Shown: positions 42,188-53,482 of the stretch, piece after piece
How the letters are laid out: every line of letters begins with the position of its first letter
Position numbering within the stretch: the first letter of the stretch is position 1
Assembly: GCA_963781585.1 (NCBI GenBank)
Contig: CAWAGQ010000011.1
Coordinates: 1 to 64,000, forward strand
Source: an uncultured Gemmatimonadaceae bacterium
GTDB taxonomy: Bacteria; Gemmatimonadota; Gemmatimonadetes; Gemmatimonadales; Gemmatimonadaceae
DNA: 64,000 nucleotides
Direction of reading: 5' to 3'
The notes under the pieces: model-generated
What the model saw: the letters and a program-made list of their open reading frames with translations, nothing else
Databases searched by the model: none
Told to the model about the DNA's origin: nothing
Program-made: the position numbers and the translations under genes

Positions 42188-44092
42188 CTACTGCCGGCGC
42201 CTCTTGGGGTTGAAGCGCTCGAAGCACGCCCGCTCGCGCGATTCGTCCTCGTTCACGCACCGCACATAGTCCCCGTAGTTGCTGTTGGGGAGCGGAAACG
42301 CGAGCTGGTCGAAGGTTTCGAGCCCGACGAAGCCGGCCGCGAGGTTTCCCGGACGGCGCAACCGCAACGACGGCGAGGGGTGCGGTGTGCACAGCAGGAT
42401 CCTGCGCCAGCACGCCTGATGGGCGACCGGCACTTGGAGCACCAGACCGCTCCGGGTCACGAAGGGCTGTGTCTCCGGGTCCGGGAGCGGCTGCAATCCA
42501 TGGTCTGGCCCGGGCTCGACGAGCAGCACCCGTTGGAGTCCCTGGTAGATCGCACTAACGCTGGGAACAGGCCTCGGCGGGTCGCTCCAGACCGCATGGA
42601 GGAGAACCGGAGCAAGGGCGCTGAAGCCCACCAGGAAAATCAACAGCGTGCGCGACAACGCGGGCCTCCACGCCCACACCATCCGCAGGAGTACCGCGCC
42701 GAGGACAGCGGCCAGCGACCACTCGAGCGCAAATCCGAAGCGGTAGGATGGGGCCGTGAAGAACCAGAAGAGGAGTCCCGTGGCGAGCGGGGCACCGAGC
42801 CACATCCACAAGGCGCCCCGGGCACCGCGCCGGACGCCCACCAGGATGATGAGCACCGCCAGCAGCAGGGACAGGACAAGAGGTTCCAGCGTGAGGCCCC
42901 ACAGATAGTAGCGCTCGGTCACCCGGTCCCAGAGGTACGGCAGCCACGACCAGCCAAGTCCGTACGCCGTGTCATCGGCGTATCGCGATCCCTGCGTGAT
43001 CCACCCGGCTTCGGCGACGGCCAGCAGGCGGGGCGCGGTCCAGGGCAGCGGCAGACCGGTCGCCGCGACGGGGTACACGAGATAGCCGCTCAACACCACG
43101 CCATGGAGCATCCATGCCGCAAGGAAGGCCGTCGGGAAAATCAGCGCGCCTGTCCACGAGCGCCATTCAGAGCGGGCTTTCACCCAGGCAAAGACCAGCA
43201 GCAGCACTCCGGCGCCGGCGACGAAACCGGCCGCGCTCGGTTTGCTTAGCAGCGTCAGGGCCAGGAGCAACGCCGTCAGCCGGAACTGCGTCGATCTCGA
43301 CCCGCTCCACTGCTGGCCGTCGTCGCGCAGAAAGTCCAGCAGGGCGACGATCGCCGCCATGAGAAAGATGGCCGTGGCGACGTCCGGCGCGGGGCTGGCG
43401 TTGTTCCTGTCGATCAACAGCTCCACGAAAGCCGGCAGCAGGAAGACGGCGAACAGTGACGATGCGCGTGGCAGCGCGCGCTCCCGGAGCACTCGACCGA
43501 CCGAGCTGAAAGCGGTGAGTGCCATGGTCACGATCAGGACGCTGTTGCAGAAATGACTCGCCCGTCCCTCCAGCCATCCCGAATCGAACAGTGCGCCCCA
43601 CAGCGACGCCACCGAATTGAACGCCATGCGCCCATGCAGGTTGGCGAGGCCCGGAACGGCGGGGTACTGCACGTACCATGCAATGACAGGAATGTGGTAC
43701 ACGGCGGAGTCGTAACGCGTGACCGGGGCCGTCGACCGGTGGGCCGCCCACAGGCAGAAGAGCGCGAACAACGCGCCAACAACTGGTCCCAGGGATCTCG
43801 TTTTCTGCTGGACAAGGTGCCACACGTCGACGCGATGCCTGACGAGACCGACCAGGCCGATGACGAGCACCGTTGCCTGTACGGCGGGACCAATGCGGAT
43901 CGCGAGGTGCGCGGCCAGGAGCACGAACAGGAGCAAGGCCAGCCCGGTCCAGAACAGCCGCGTCACCTCGCTGGGTCGCGTGGTCCGACTGATCACGAAC
44001 GGCCAGGCGAGGGCGCCCCATCCGATGACCGCGCCCACCGACACCAGCCAGACCGCAACGACGAAAGAGATCCCGGTGAGGAACTGGATCAT
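42188..44092 (-). CDS. Polytopic membrane protein (possible GT-C-like glycosyl/polymer transferase)
   Basis: Many TM helices; YDSAVYH..PGLANLHGRMAFNS, LSKPS, SGYLVYP, APSYRFG. Confidence 0.6.
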   Translation of the reverse strand: MIQFLTGISFVVAVWLVSVGAVIGWGALAWPFVISRTTRPSEVTRLFWTGLALLLFVLLAAHLAIRIGPAVQATVLVIGLVGLVRHRVDVWHLVQQKTRSLGPVVGALFALFCLWAAHRSTAPVTRYDSAVYHIPVIAWYVQYPAVPGLANLHGRMAFNSVASLWGALFDSGWLEGRASHFCNSVLIVTMALTAFSSVGRVLRERALPRASSLFAVFLLPAFVELLIDRNNASPAPDVATAIFLMAAIVALLDFLRDDGQQWSGSRSTQFRLTALLLALTLLSKPSAAGFVAGAGVLLLVFAWVKARSEWRSWTGALIFPTAFLAAWMLHGVVLSGYLVYPVAATGLPLPWTAPRLLAVAEAGWITQGSRYADDTAYGLGWSWLPYLWDRVTERYYLWGLTLEPLVLSLLLAVLIILVGVRRGARGALWMWLGAPLATGLLFWFFTAPSYRFGFALEWSLAAVLGAVLLRMVWAWRPALSRTLLIFLVGFSALAPVLLHAVWSDPPRPVPSVSAIYQGLQRVLLVEPGPDHGLQPLPDPETQPFVTRSGLVLQVPVAHQACWRRILLCTPHPSPSLRLRRPGNLAAGFVGLETFDQLAFPLPNSNYGDYVRCVNEDESRERACFERFNPKRRRQ

Positions 44093-46011
44093 GGCACGGC
44101 GGGCCAGGGCCACGCGCGTGCATCCCGACGGCCAACGGATCGCCACTGCAGTCCCTCCGCGCGTACCGCGGAGTCCAGCTCGTTTGCCCAGGCCACCGTG
44201 TCGGCCCCGGGGACGACCAGGTTCTGATCCTCGAACACGTCGGTGCGATACCGGAACACCGACAGCCGCCCGTCACCGTCCCGAATGATGTGCAGCGAGT
44301 CGGTCACGACGCTTTTCATCGGGCCGTGGCTGTGCAGCAATCCCGTCGTCACGCCGATCTCCTGATCGAGTTCTGCCAGTACCGTACCGCCTGCCCGCGC
44401 CGACGGGTTGCGCCAGAGGGGCACCAGCGACGCGCCGGGGAAGGAGTCGGCGCCGGAAACGTCGGCCAGGGTAAGCAACGTACGCGGCAGGCTCCGGAGG
44501 GATACCTGCCGCTGCACTCGAGCAGGCGGTTCATCAGGGACAAAGATGACCAGGGGGACGTGCAGCACCTGCTCGTACAGACTGTTCCCGTGGAACATGC
44601 GCTGATGTTCGCCGAATTGTTCGCCATGATCCGATGTGATGACGACGATCGTATGTGCCAGCGCTCCGGAGCGATCCAGTGCCTGAAACAGGCGTTCGAG
44701 CTCGGTGTCGAGTCGTCGAATCGCGCCCTCGTACTGCGACCGGGTATTCGGCCGAGCGTCGCTCAGCGCGCCCTTGCTTGCGGGGCCGAGATAGGGAGTG
44801 TGGGCATCGAACAGGTTGAGAAACGCGAACCAGGGCCGTCCGGCCTCGAGGCGACCCTGCCAGCGCAGGAACTCGTCGATCGTTGTGTGTGCGGTAACCC
44901 GATGGTGAGTGATCTCGTTGGCGACCGGCTGAAAGTCATTTGCCCAGAGGTGACGCGCGATCTGGCGAAGAGACCGCCGGCGGGCCATGTCCTGCGCGAT
45001 GCGGAGGACGAGGTCGGCCTGCGTAACGGTCGTGTGACGCACGATCTCGGCGAGCGAGCGGCGCATGGCGCGATAGGTGATGAATCCCTGTTCGAGGCCA
45101 CTGCCGGCGCCGGTGACGATCACGTTGCCGGTGAAACCGCCGGTGGCCCACCCGTGGGCCCGAAAGACTTCAGCGAGGGTCACCGCGTCAGGTGAGAGCG
45201 GCGTGAGGAAGTTGACCCCGGTTTCGGTGGCGTTCCGTCCGGTGAAGATCGACGCGTGCGACGGCATCGTCCACGGCGCTGTGGAGTAGGCCTGCTCGAA
45301 GACTACGGCACCGGTGGCGCGCCGGGCGATCGCCGGCATCGTCAGCGGAGCGCCGCCCCCAAGGCCGGTGCTCGACTCCCGGACCGTGTCGAGTATGATG
45401 AGCAACACATTGGACACGCCTGGAGGAGCGGCGGCGAGCGCCTGGAGCGCCGCCGCCTCGCGTTGAGGCGGCACGACCGTCCGCCAGAGCCACGCGGCGA
45501 GTGCAGCGGCGCCGAGCCCGACGACGGTTACCGTGGCCCCGCGCCGCAGCAGCGCGTCGCGTCGCGCCAGTCGCGGGGCGAGAAATGCTCCAACGCCGGC
45601 CGCCAGAACCATCGACGCGTAGCCGTGCATCTGCGTGACGAGCAGCAGAATCGCAAACGTGCCGACCGCGATCCAGACCCCGGTTACTGTTTGGAGGCGG
45701 ATGCCGTCGCGACGGACTGCGGCGATCAGCGCCATCAGTGCCGCGAGCGGAAGGAACACCAGCACATACCCGGCGGGAAGCATCCACAACTCGTCAGGCG
45801 ACGCCCACGGATAGCGGAAGACGCTGTACCCGATGGGACGCAGGTGGATGAGCGCGAGATGGATCGCAGCCGTCAGGAGCGCGGACGCCGCTCCGAGAAG
45901 CAGTTGCGTTCGAGCACGCCGAAGGCCGGTCGACGTCTGCCCGTCGATGACGATGTGCTCCGTGAGCGGCGCGGAACGCGCGATCGACCGCCGCGCGTTA
46001 TCGTTATGCAT
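44089..46011 (-). CDS. Membrane-anchored sulfatase-like hydrolase/transferase
   Basis: N-terminal TMs; NVLLIILDTVR, WTMPSHASIFTG, FDAH, TSDHGE, HGNSLYE..VPL. Confidence 0.85.
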   Translation of the reverse strand: MHNDNARRSIARSAPLTEHIVIDGQTSTGLRRARTQLLLGAASALLTAAIHLALIHLRPIGYSVFRYPWASPDELWMLPAGYVLVFLPLAALMALIAAVRRDGIRLQTVTGVWIAVGTFAILLLVTQMHGYASMVLAAGVGAFLAPRLARRDALLRRGATVTVVGLGAAALAAWLWRTVVPPQREAAALQALAAAPPGVSNVLLIILDTVRESSTGLGGGAPLTMPAIARRATGAVVFEQAYSTAPWTMPSHASIFTGRNATETGVNFLTPLSPDAVTLAEVFRAHGWATGGFTGNVIVTGAGSGLEQGFITYRAMRRSLAEIVRHTTVTQADLVLRIAQDMARRRSLRQIARHLWANDFQPVANEITHHRVTAHTTIDEFLRWQGRLEAGRPWFAFLNLFDAHTPYLGPASKGALSDARPNTRSQYEGAIRRLDTELERLFQALDRSGALAHTIVVITSDHGEQFGEHQRMFHGNSLYEQVLHVPLVIFVPDEPPARVQRQVSLRSLPRTLLTLADVSGADSFPGASLVPLWRNPSARAGGTVLAELDQEIGVTTGLLHSHGPMKSVVTDSLHIIRDGDGRLSVFRYRTDVFEDQNLVVPGADTVAWANELDSAVRAEGLQWRSVGRRDARAWPWPAVP

Positions 46012-46173
46012 GCCGAAAATGTACCGGGTGGCGGAGCGACGCCAGAGAACGCCCGAGCACGGGTGCCCGCTCTGGTCGAGCCCGCCACGACATGGTGCCG
46101 GCCATGCCGCGGCGGTGAAGGGATACGGTCCACCCGCCAGTCGTCTGCTCGACCTCCGGCGCGTGGGGCGCGC

Positions 46174-46608
46174 ATGACCGGCGGTGGGTGGCTCCTGGTC
46201 ACCGCTCTCGCCGCCGTCGCCCTCGCCTACGTCGTGTATCGCCTTCTCGAGACGCGCGCACGGCTACGGTTCGAGGAATGGAAGGCGGCCCACAGCCAGG
46301 CAATCAGTCGTGGCGCCATCAGGGGGAGTCAGGCCGCGGTTGCCGGGAGGGTCTTCGAGCGGGTCGCGCCCTACCTGCCGGACTTCGGCTACAATCCGCG
46401 AGACGTTCGCTTCATCGGGGACCCCGTTGATTTCGTGGTATTCGATGGACTGAGCGAAGGCAACGTGAGGAATGTGGTGTTCATCGAGGTGAAGACCGGT
46501 GCGGGTGATCTCAACGGCAACGAGCGCAGGGTGAAGCGCGCGATCCTCGAGCACCGGGTCGAGTGGTCGCTGTTTCGCATTCCGGACGGGCAACGCGGAG
46601 AGACATGA
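46174..46608 (+). CDS. Holliday junction resolvase-like PD-(D/E)xK protein with N-terminal membrane anchor
   Basis: ERVAPYLPDF.YNPRDVRFIGDPVDFVVFDG..FIEVKTG. Confidence 0.8.
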   Translation: MTGGGWLLVTALAAVALAYVVYRLLETRARLRFEEWKAAHSQAISRGAIRGSQAAVAGRVFERVAPYLPDFGYNPRDVRFIGDPVDFVVFDGLSEGNVRNVVFIEVKTGAGDLNGNERRVKRAILEHRVEWSLFRIPDGQRGET

Positions 46609-47144
46609 CTATGCTACGTCTCGCTGTTCAGATGTTCGCCGTCGCCATCCTTCTTTCGTGCGAGGCGACCGCGCAGGGGTCACCCCTCACGCTGCTGGAC
46701 TATCACACCAGCGCGCCCGCCAACTGGGTCGCTCGCCCGCCGGCGTCCTCGTCGCGCCTCGCCCAATTCGTCGTTCCGGGACCGACGCTGGCCGACAGTT
46801 CCGAGGTCGTCGTCTTCTATTTCGGAGCCGCGCAGGGCGGGAACATCGATGTGAATCTGGAACGCTGGAGGAGTCAGTTTTCGACACCGGACGGTTCACC
46901 GGTCCCGGAGCAGGTGACACGCGACTCGACCGGCGCGTTCCCGATCACGATCGCCGAGTTCCGCGGGTCGTATCGACGGGGGATCGGCGCGGGGTCCGCC
47001 GACTCGGTGCGCACGGGGCAGACGCTGGTGGCGACGATCGTGGAGACGCCACGCGGCACGCTCTTCATTCAACTCTTCGGGCCGTCGGACCCGGTGGCGC
47101 GTGAACGCGAGCCGTTCCTGCGATTTGTCAGGGAGTTGAAGTAG
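46605..47144 (+). CDS. Exported hypothetical protein
   Basis: ATG overlaps the upstream stop; signal peptide; VFYFGAAQGGNIDVNLERWRSQF. Confidence 0.65.
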   Translation: MTMLRLAVQMFAVAILLSCEATAQGSPLTLLDYHTSAPANWVARPPASSSRLAQFVVPGPTLADSSEVVVFYFGAAQGGNIDVNLERWRSQFSTPDGSPVPEQVTRDSTGAFPITIAEFRGSYRRGIGAGSADSVRTGQTLVATIVETPRGTLFIQLFGPSDPVAREREPFLRFVRELK

Positions 47145-47273
47145 CGTCGCGGCCGCGCCGACCATGGGCGGGCGCCACACTCGGGCTGCGGTGCGATATT
47201 CTTCCCGGGAGACATGGTGGCTCCGGCGTCGGCGCGCCCGCCGGCCGGGCCACTTAACCGAGAGGAACGTTCC

Positions 47274-47981
47274 ATGCACCGCGAGAATGATTCAGGCTCA
47301 CGGCGCGATTTCGTGACGGGCGTTGGACGGCTCGCATCGGTCATGGCGCTTGGTGGCTATGCGATGCCGGAGCCGGCTGCAGCGGGCGGTGAGCGCGCGA
47401 TTCCACGATGGGTGATGGCCGAGGATTGGGATCTGTCGTGGATCGATCGCCTCGCTACCGCGACCGACCGCGCCATCTTCGATTGGCCGAGCGTCGGCAA
47501 TCCGTCGGACCCCATCGTGCTGGAGATCGCCGCGCGCTATCTCGACAACTGCGCGGCCGCGTACGGCTCCCGCCGATACGAAGCGCGTGCGGTACTGAAC
47601 ATCCGTACGACGGCCATCCCGGCCGCGCTGAACGACGAGGCATGGCATCGTCACGCGCTGGGTGTCGAGTACAAGGTCTCCGATCCGTTCACGCAGCAGC
47701 CCGCCGTTCGGAATCCGTTCTGGCATCGCGCGCCCGCTCCCTCGCCCACGGTGACGCTCCCCAGCCTCGAGGATCTGATGCAGCGCGGGTCCATCGTGCT
47801 GGTCTGCGATTTCGCGCTGGGTCATCTTGCCGCGCGGCTGGCCGGCAAGACCGGCCAATCCGCCGATGAGGTGCATCAGGATCTGCGGGGCTCGTTCGTC
47901 CCCGGCGCGTTCGCGGTGCCATCCGGCATCTTCGGCCTCGCGCGGTCGCAGAACGCCGGCTGCGCGTTCGTGCGCATGTGA
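47274..47981 (+). CDS. Tat-exported protein, possibly DsrE/F-like
   Basis: SRRDFV twin-arginine signal; RNPFW, VLVCDFAL, VPSGIF..SQNAG. Confidence 0.6.
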   Translation: MHRENDSGSRRDFVTGVGRLASVMALGGYAMPEPAAAGGERAIPRWVMAEDWDLSWIDRLATATDRAIFDWPSVGNPSDPIVLEIAARYLDNCAAAYGSRRYEARAVLNIRTTAIPAALNDEAWHRHALGVEYKVSDPFTQQPAVRNPFWHRAPAPSPTVTLPSLEDLMQRGSIVLVCDFALGHLAARLAGKTGQSADEVHQDLRGSFVPGAFAVPSGIFGLARSQNAGCAFVRM

Positions 47982-48415
47982 CCGACTTCCACCCGAGCGA
48001 GACGATGAGCGGCTCAATAGGTCTTACGGTCGAACTTCCCGTTGGGTTTGCGGCGGCCGTCACCCGCACTCGTGAGGCGCTCAAGGCCGAGGGCTTTGGG
48101 ATACTCACCGAGATCGATCTGGCTGCGGCGTTCCGCGAGAAGCTGGGTCGCGAGTTTCGCCCGTATGTCATTCTCGGGGCGTGCAATCCGCCGCTCGCCT
48201 ATGCGGCCATCAACGCGGATCCTGCCGTGGGACTTCTGCTGCCGTGCAACGTCACGGTGGAGGCCAGCGGGGCGGATCGCGCCACGGTCCGACTGACCGA
48301 TCCCACGGCGTTGCTGGCTGGGATCACCGCAGGGCCGGAGCTGGAGCGGGTGGCGCAGGACGCGCGGACGCGGCTGCTCCGGGTGCGCGACGATCTGGTG
48401 CGGCACGCCGGCTGA
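47978..48415 (+). CDS. DUF302 domain protein
   Basis: [27 protein letters not shown]. Confidence 0.88.
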   Translation: MTDFHPSETMSGSIGLTVELPVGFAAAVTRTREALKAEGFGILTEIDLAAAFREKLGREFRPYVILGACNPPLAYAAINADPAVGLLLPCNVTVEASGADRATVRLTDPTALLAGITAGPELERVAQDARTRLLRVRDDLVRHAG

Positions 48416-48482
48416 CTCCGCTACGAAAGCCGCGACGTCGGGGGTCACGCGGTTACCTTCGGAGAAACACTCCGCTCCGGCC

Positions 48483-50903
48483 ATGCCTCAGCCCCTCACG
48501 CGAAGCCTCCTCGATCGGATGAACGCCTACTGGCGTGCCGCGAACTATCTGTCGGTGGGCCAGATCTACCTGTTCGACAACCCGCTGCTCCGCACGCCGC
48601 TCAGGCCCGCGCACATCAAGCCGCGGCTGCTGGGCCACTGGGGCACCACGCCCGGGCTCAACTTCATCTACGTCCATCTCAACCGCGTCATCACTCGTCA
48701 CGACGCGGACATGCTGCTGGTGGTGGGCCCCGGTCATGGCGGTCCCGGCATCGTGGCCAATACCTACCTCGAGGGAACCTACAGCGAGCTCTATCCGAAC
48801 GTGTCGCCCGACGAGCACGGGATGAAACGGCTCTTCACCCAGTTCTCGTTTCCCGGTGGCATTCCCAGTCACTGCGCGCCGGAAACGCCGGGGTCGATCA
48901 ACGAAGGCGGGGAGCTGGGCTACAGCCTGGCACACGCGTACGGCGCGGCGTTCGACAATCCCAACCTCCTGGTCGCGTGCATCATCGGCGACGGCGAAGC
49001 GGAGACCGGCGCCCTCGCCACCTCGTGGCACTCCAACAAGTTCCTCAACCCCGAGCGCGACGGCGCGGTGTTACCGATCCTGCATCTCAACGGCTACAAG
49101 ATCGCGAATCCAACGGTGCTGGCCCGCATCGACCGGGAGGAGCTGGGGCGGCTGCTGCGCGGCTGCGGGTACGAGCCGATCTTCATTGAAGGGCACGAGC
49201 CGGCGAAGATGCACCAGTCGATGGCGGGGGCCCTCGACAGGGCAGTGAAGCGGATCAGGACGATTCAGTCGGACGCGCGGGCCACGGGATTCCGGCACCG
49301 TCCCGTCTGGCCGGTGATCGTCCTCGCGACGCCCAAGGGGTGGACCGGTCCAAGGGTCGTCGACGGCGTGCGCGTGGAAGGGACCTTTCGCGCGCATCAG
49401 GTGCCGCTGGCCGAAGTCCGAACCAACCCGCGTCACCTCCGACTGCTCGAGCGGTGGATGAAGAGCTACCGGCCGCGCGAATTGTTCGACACGAACGGAG
49501 CGTTCCGGTCGGAGCTGGCCGCGCTCGCGCCGAAAGGCGACCGCCGACTGGGCGCCAACCCGCACGCCAACGGCGGCCGGCTGCTCCGCGATCTGCGGAT
49601 GCCCGACTTTCGTGAGTACGCGGTCGCCGTCTCCGGACCTGGCGTGGTTCGCGCCGAAGCGACGCGCATCACCGGGGCGTTCCTGCGCGACGTAATGAAG
49701 GCGAACTGGGACGACCGCAACTTCCGTGTCTTCGGCGCCGACGAGACCGCGTCCAATCGCCTCACCCATCTGTTCGACATCACCGATCGCGAATCGACCG
49801 CCGAGATCCTGAAAAGCGACGACCACGTGTCACCGGATGGCCGCGTGATGGAAGTGCTGAGCGAGCATCTGTGCCAGGGTTGGCTCGAGGGATATCTCCT
49901 GACCGGACGCCACGGCTTCTTCTCGTGCTACGAGGCCTTCATCCACATCGTCGATTCGATGTTCAACCAGCACGCGAAGTGGCTCAAGGTCACGCGGACC
50001 ATTCCGTGGCGGCACCCCATCGCGTCGCTGAACTACCTGCTCACGTCGCACGTCTGGCGACAGGACCACAACGGCTTCAGCCATCAGGATCCCGGGTTCA
50101 TCGACCACGTGGTCAACAAGAAAGCCGATGTAATCCGGGTCTACCTGCCGCCCGACGCCAACAGTCTGCTCTCGGTGGTGGACCATTGCCTGCGCAGCCG
50201 GCACTACGTCAACGTGATCGTTGCCGGGAAACAACCGGAGCTGCAATGGCTCGACATGGACCAGGCGGTCCGGCACTGCACCGCCGGGATCGGCATCTTC
50301 GAGTGGGCAAGTACCGATCGGGATGGCGAACCCGACGTGGTGATGGCGTGCGCGGGCGATGTCCCCACCCTCGAGACGCTGGCGGCGGTGGAGCTCCTGC
50401 GACTCCACTTCCCGACGCTCAAGGTGCGGGTAGTGAATGTGGTGGATCTGATGACGCTCCAGCCGCAGAGCGAGCATCCGCACGGACTGAGCGACCGGGA
50501 TTTCGACACGCTCTTTACCAGCAGCAAGCCGATCATCTTTGCCTTTCACGGCTACCCGTGGCTCATCCATCGTCTGACCTATCGCCGAACGAATCACGCC
50601 AACCTGCACGTTCGCGGCTACAAGGAAGAGGGGACGACCACGACGCCGTTCGACATGGTGGTGATGAACGATCTGGACCGGTTTCACCTCGTGGGCGACG
50701 TAATCGACCGGGTCCCTCAACTGGGGCCGCGTGCCGCCTACGTGAAGCAGTTCATCCGCGACAAGCTGCTGGACCACAAGCGCTACGTGCGGACGTACGG
50801 TCAGGACATGCCGGAGATCCGCGACTGGCACTGGAATACCGGCGTCCGCGCCCCTGTGCCTCCAGCACGTCGCCGCCGGACCACCGCGAGCCGGGCGCGC
50901 TGA
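48483..50903 (+). CDS. xfp: Xylulose-5-P/fructose-6-P phosphoketolase
   Basis: [57 protein letters not shown]. Confidence 0.96.
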   Translation: MPQPLTRSLLDRMNAYWRAANYLSVGQIYLFDNPLLRTPLRPAHIKPRLLGHWGTTPGLNFIYVHLNRVITRHDADMLLVVGPGHGGPGIVANTYLEGTYSELYPNVSPDEHGMKRLFTQFSFPGGIPSHCAPETPGSINEGGELGYSLAHAYGAAFDNPNLLVACIIGDGEAETGALATSWHSNKFLNPERDGAVLPILHLNGYKIANPTVLARIDREELGRLLRGCGYEPIFIEGHEPAKMHQSMAGALDRAVKRIRTIQSDARATGFRHRPVWPVIVLATPKGWTGPRVVDGVRVEGTFRAHQVPLAEVRTNPRHLRLLERWMKSYRPRELFDTNGAFRSELAALAPKGDRRLGANPHANGGRLLRDLRMPDFREYAVAVSGPGVVRAEATRITGAFLRDVMKANWDDRNFRVFGADETASNRLTHLFDITDRESTAEILKSDDHVSPDGRVMEVLSEHLCQGWLEGYLLTGRHGFFSCYEAFIHIVDSMFNQHAKWLKVTRTIPWRHPIASLNYLLTSHVWRQDHNGFSHQDPGFIDHVVNKKADVIRVYLPPDANSLLSVVDHCLRSRHYVNVIVAGKQPELQWLDMDQAVRHCTAGIGIFEWASTDRDGEPDVVMACAGDVPTLETLAAVELLRLHFPTLKVRVVNVVDLMTLQPQSEHPHGLSDRDFDTLFTSSKPIIFAFHGYPWLIHRLTYRRTNHANLHVRGYKEEGTTTTPFDMVVMNDLDRFHLVGDVIDRVPQLGPRAAYVKQFIRDKLLDHKRYVRTYGQDMPEIRDWHWNTGVRAPVPPARRRRTTASRAR

Positions 50904-50904
50904 C

Positions 50905-51573
50905 GTGGATGGCGATCTGGTGTTCCTGCTCGACGTGGACAACACGCTGCTCGACAACGATGTCATCGAGCAGGACCTGCGGCGTCATCTCGATGCGGCG
51001 TTCGGCGCAGCCTGCGAAGCCGAGTACTGGCGGATCTTCGAGCAGCTGCGGACGGAACTCGGCTACGCGGACTACCTCGGCGCGCTGCAGCGGTACCGGC
51101 TGGAGCACGTCCAGGATCCGCAGATCCTGACCATCTCGCTGTTCCTGCTGGATTACCCGTTCGCGGACCGGCTGTACGCTGGAGCGATCGACGTGATCGA
51201 CCGCCTTCGCCAGCACGGCACGGTGGTCATCGTGTCCGACGGCGACGTCGTCTTCCAGCCGCGCAAGATCGAGCGATCGGGGCTCTGGAGCGCGGTGACG
51301 GGGAACGTCCTGATCTACATCCACAAGGAACAGAGGCTCGACGACATCGCGCAGCGATACCCGGCCCGCCACTACGTGATGGTCGATGACAAGCTGCGCA
51401 TCCACTCGGCGATCAAGCAGAGGTGGGGCGAGCGGGTGACGACCGTCTTTGTGCGGCAGGGTCACTACGCGCTGAATCCAGCGATCATGGCACAGTACCC
51501 GGCGGCGGACCGGACGGTGGAGCGGATCGCCGATCTGTCGTGGGACGCTACGTCGATCCCGGGTCGCCGCTGA
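50905..51573 (+). CDS. HAD family hydrolase
   Basis: LLDVDNTL, VSDGD, MVDDK. Confidence 0.85.
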   Translation: MDGDLVFLLDVDNTLLDNDVIEQDLRRHLDAAFGAACEAEYWRIFEQLRTELGYADYLGALQRYRLEHVQDPQILTISLFLLDYPFADRLYAGAIDVIDRLRQHGTVVIVSDGDVVFQPRKIERSGLWSAVTGNVLIYIHKEQRLDDIAQRYPARHYVMVDDKLRIHSAIKQRWGERVTTVFVRQGHYALNPAIMAQYPAADRTVERIADLSWDATSIPGRR

Positions 51574-52762
51574 ACACCAGCCGGCGGGTGTGCCTGGCGA
51601 GGACGAGATCCTCGTTCGTTTGCATCACCCTGACGGCGACCGGGCTCGTGTCGGACGAGATGACGGCGCCGTGTGTGGCGTTTCGACTGGCGTCGATGGA
51701 GATCCCGAATCCACCCAGACCGTCGGTGATCCGGTCGCGAATGACGGGGCGGTGTTCACCGATCCCTCCGGTGAACACCAGCGTGTCAAGACCGCCGAGC
51801 GTGACGAGCAGAGAACCAAGCGCCTTCTTCGCCAGATAGCAGAACAGGGCGACGGCCGCGGCGGCGCGCGGATCGGTCGCCTCGTGCGCCAGCAGGTCGT
51901 GCATGTCGGCGGTCGTGCCCGAGACGCCCAGCAAACCCGCTTCGGCGTTCACCAGGCGATTCAGTGCCGATGCGCTTATCCGCTTCCGGCGGAGCGCGTA
52001 GAGCAGGACACCAGGGTCCAGATCACCGGTGCGCGTTCCCATCATCAGCCCGCCGGCCGGGGAGAAGCCCATCGTTGTCTCCACGCTCCGGCCGCGATGC
52101 ACCGCCGTCATGCTGGCGCCGTTGCCGAGATGCGCGATGACCAGGCGGCTGTCGGCCGCGTGTGGATCGATCGCGCGCAGCGCCGACACGATGTACTCGC
52201 ACGACAGGCCATGGAATCCGTAGCGCCGCACGCCGGCCTCCTGGAAGCGCGACGGCAGGGGGTACATCCGCGCGACCGACGGCAGCGTGCGATGGAACGC
52301 CGTGTCGAAGCACGCCACCTGCGCGACCTGCCGATAACTGCGGCCGATGGTGCGGATGGCGAGGAGGGTCTGCGGCAGGTGGTCGGGATCGACCGCGACG
52401 AGCCGGCGCAGCTCGCGCACGACATCGGACGTGATGCGCTGTGGTTCGGTGTAGTCGCCACCGTGCACCACGCGATGGGCGACCGCGTGCACGGGGTGCA
52501 GATCGGGCTCCTGGCGCACCCAGTCGAGCACGGCCTGGAGGGCCGCGGCGTGATCGACGCTGGCGAGGTCGCGATCGTTGCCGAGGGCTCCGGATCCGTC
52601 TGTGGTGCGGAGCCGGGCATTCGGTGTGCCGATGCGATCGACCTGAGCGGCCGCGAGCGGTTCGTCCGCACCGCGGGCAGCGAAGACCGCCGCCTTGAGG
52701 CTGGAGGACCCCGCGTTGAGGGTAAGAATGCGCTGCGCGCGACTCGTCGCCGACGTGGCCAT
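51548..52762 (-). CDS. ackA: Acetate/propionate kinase
   Basis: LNAGSSSLK, HRVVHGG, FDTAFH, YGFHGLS, HLGNGAS, TGGIGE, TNED. Confidence 0.93.
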   Translation of the reverse strand: MATSATSRAQRILTLNAGSSSLKAAVFAARGADEPLAAAQVDRIGTPNARLRTTDGSGALGNDRDLASVDHAAALQAVLDWVRQEPDLHPVHAVAHRVVHGGDYTEPQRITSDVVRELRRLVAVDPDHLPQTLLAIRTIGRSYRQVAQVACFDTAFHRTLPSVARMYPLPSRFQEAGVRRYGFHGLSCEYIVSALRAIDPHAADSRLVIAHLGNGASMTAVHRGRSVETTMGFSPAGGLMMGTRTGDLDPGVLLYALRRKRISASALNRLVNAEAGLLGVSGTTADMHDLLAHEATDPRAAAAVALFCYLAKKALGSLLVTLGGLDTLVFTGGIGEHRPVIRDRITDGLGGFGISIDASRNATHGAVISSDTSPVAVRVMQTNEDLVLARHTRRLVFSGDPGST

Positions 52763-52882
52763 TCCCACACATAATCAGGACCGGAAGAGCTACGCCAGAG
52801 CCAACGGGCGCGGCGTATGCAGCGGCGGCGGCGGCCGCGCTACGTCCCGTGCAACAGGGCCTGCTGCTCGCGGAGGGTCAAC

Positions 52883-53482
52883 TCAGACAAACGAGGTCCC
52901 GGCCTCGAAGCTCGTGCGCACCGAGGCCAACGCGACACCGGTGGCCAGCTGATAGTGCGGCAGGTCGACGAACGACTTCCAATCACCGCCCCACTCGATG
53001 CCCGGCACCTTCCCGACGGCCGCTGCCTGTGCGTACAACGGAGAGTTGCCCAGGTATTTCCCGATGTCGAAGATGCCGATGTCCCAGGCGATGCCGAAGT
53101 TGTGGTTGCTGAACCCGCCGCGGGCGTTGGTCACGATGGGGGCGGTGTTGCCGAATCGCCCTTTCCGGTACAGGGCATTCTGCTCGGCGTAGGTCCGCGT
53201 TCCGGACAGAATGCGGGCGGGGATGCCCGCCGCCAGCACCCGCCTCATGAAGGCGCGTGCCTGGCGCTGCGCCGAAGGCTGAAGGGTGCGGAGATGTCGC
53301 TCTGTCGTGCTGTCGAATTCCCCGAGCTGCGCGGCGATGGCGGCCGACACCGCCTCGAACTGGTTGACAGCGGCATCGGTCTTGGCTTCCCAGATGCCGT
53401 CGATGCGTCCGTCGTAGAAGCCCGAGCACTTCAGGAAGCGCTGCAGGAAGGTCACGTCTTCCGCGAACAGCTGCACACTCAT
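52883..53482 (-). CDS. M15 family peptidoglycan peptidase (L-Ala-D-Glu peptidase-like) with N-terminal PG-binding domain
   Basis: LQRFLKCSGFYDGRIDGIWEAKT; SGTRTYAEQNALY, SNHNFGIAWD, WGGDW..DLPHYQ. Confidence 0.85.
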   Translation of the reverse strand: MSVQLFAEDVTFLQRFLKCSGFYDGRIDGIWEAKTDAAVNQFEAVSAAIAAQLGEFDSTTERHLRTLQPSAQRQARAFMRRVLAAGIPARILSGTRTYAEQNALYRKGRFGNTAPIVTNARGGFSNHNFGIAWDIGIFDIGKYLGNSPLYAQAAAVGKVPGIEWGGDWKSFVDLPHYQLATGVALASVRTSFEAGTSFV

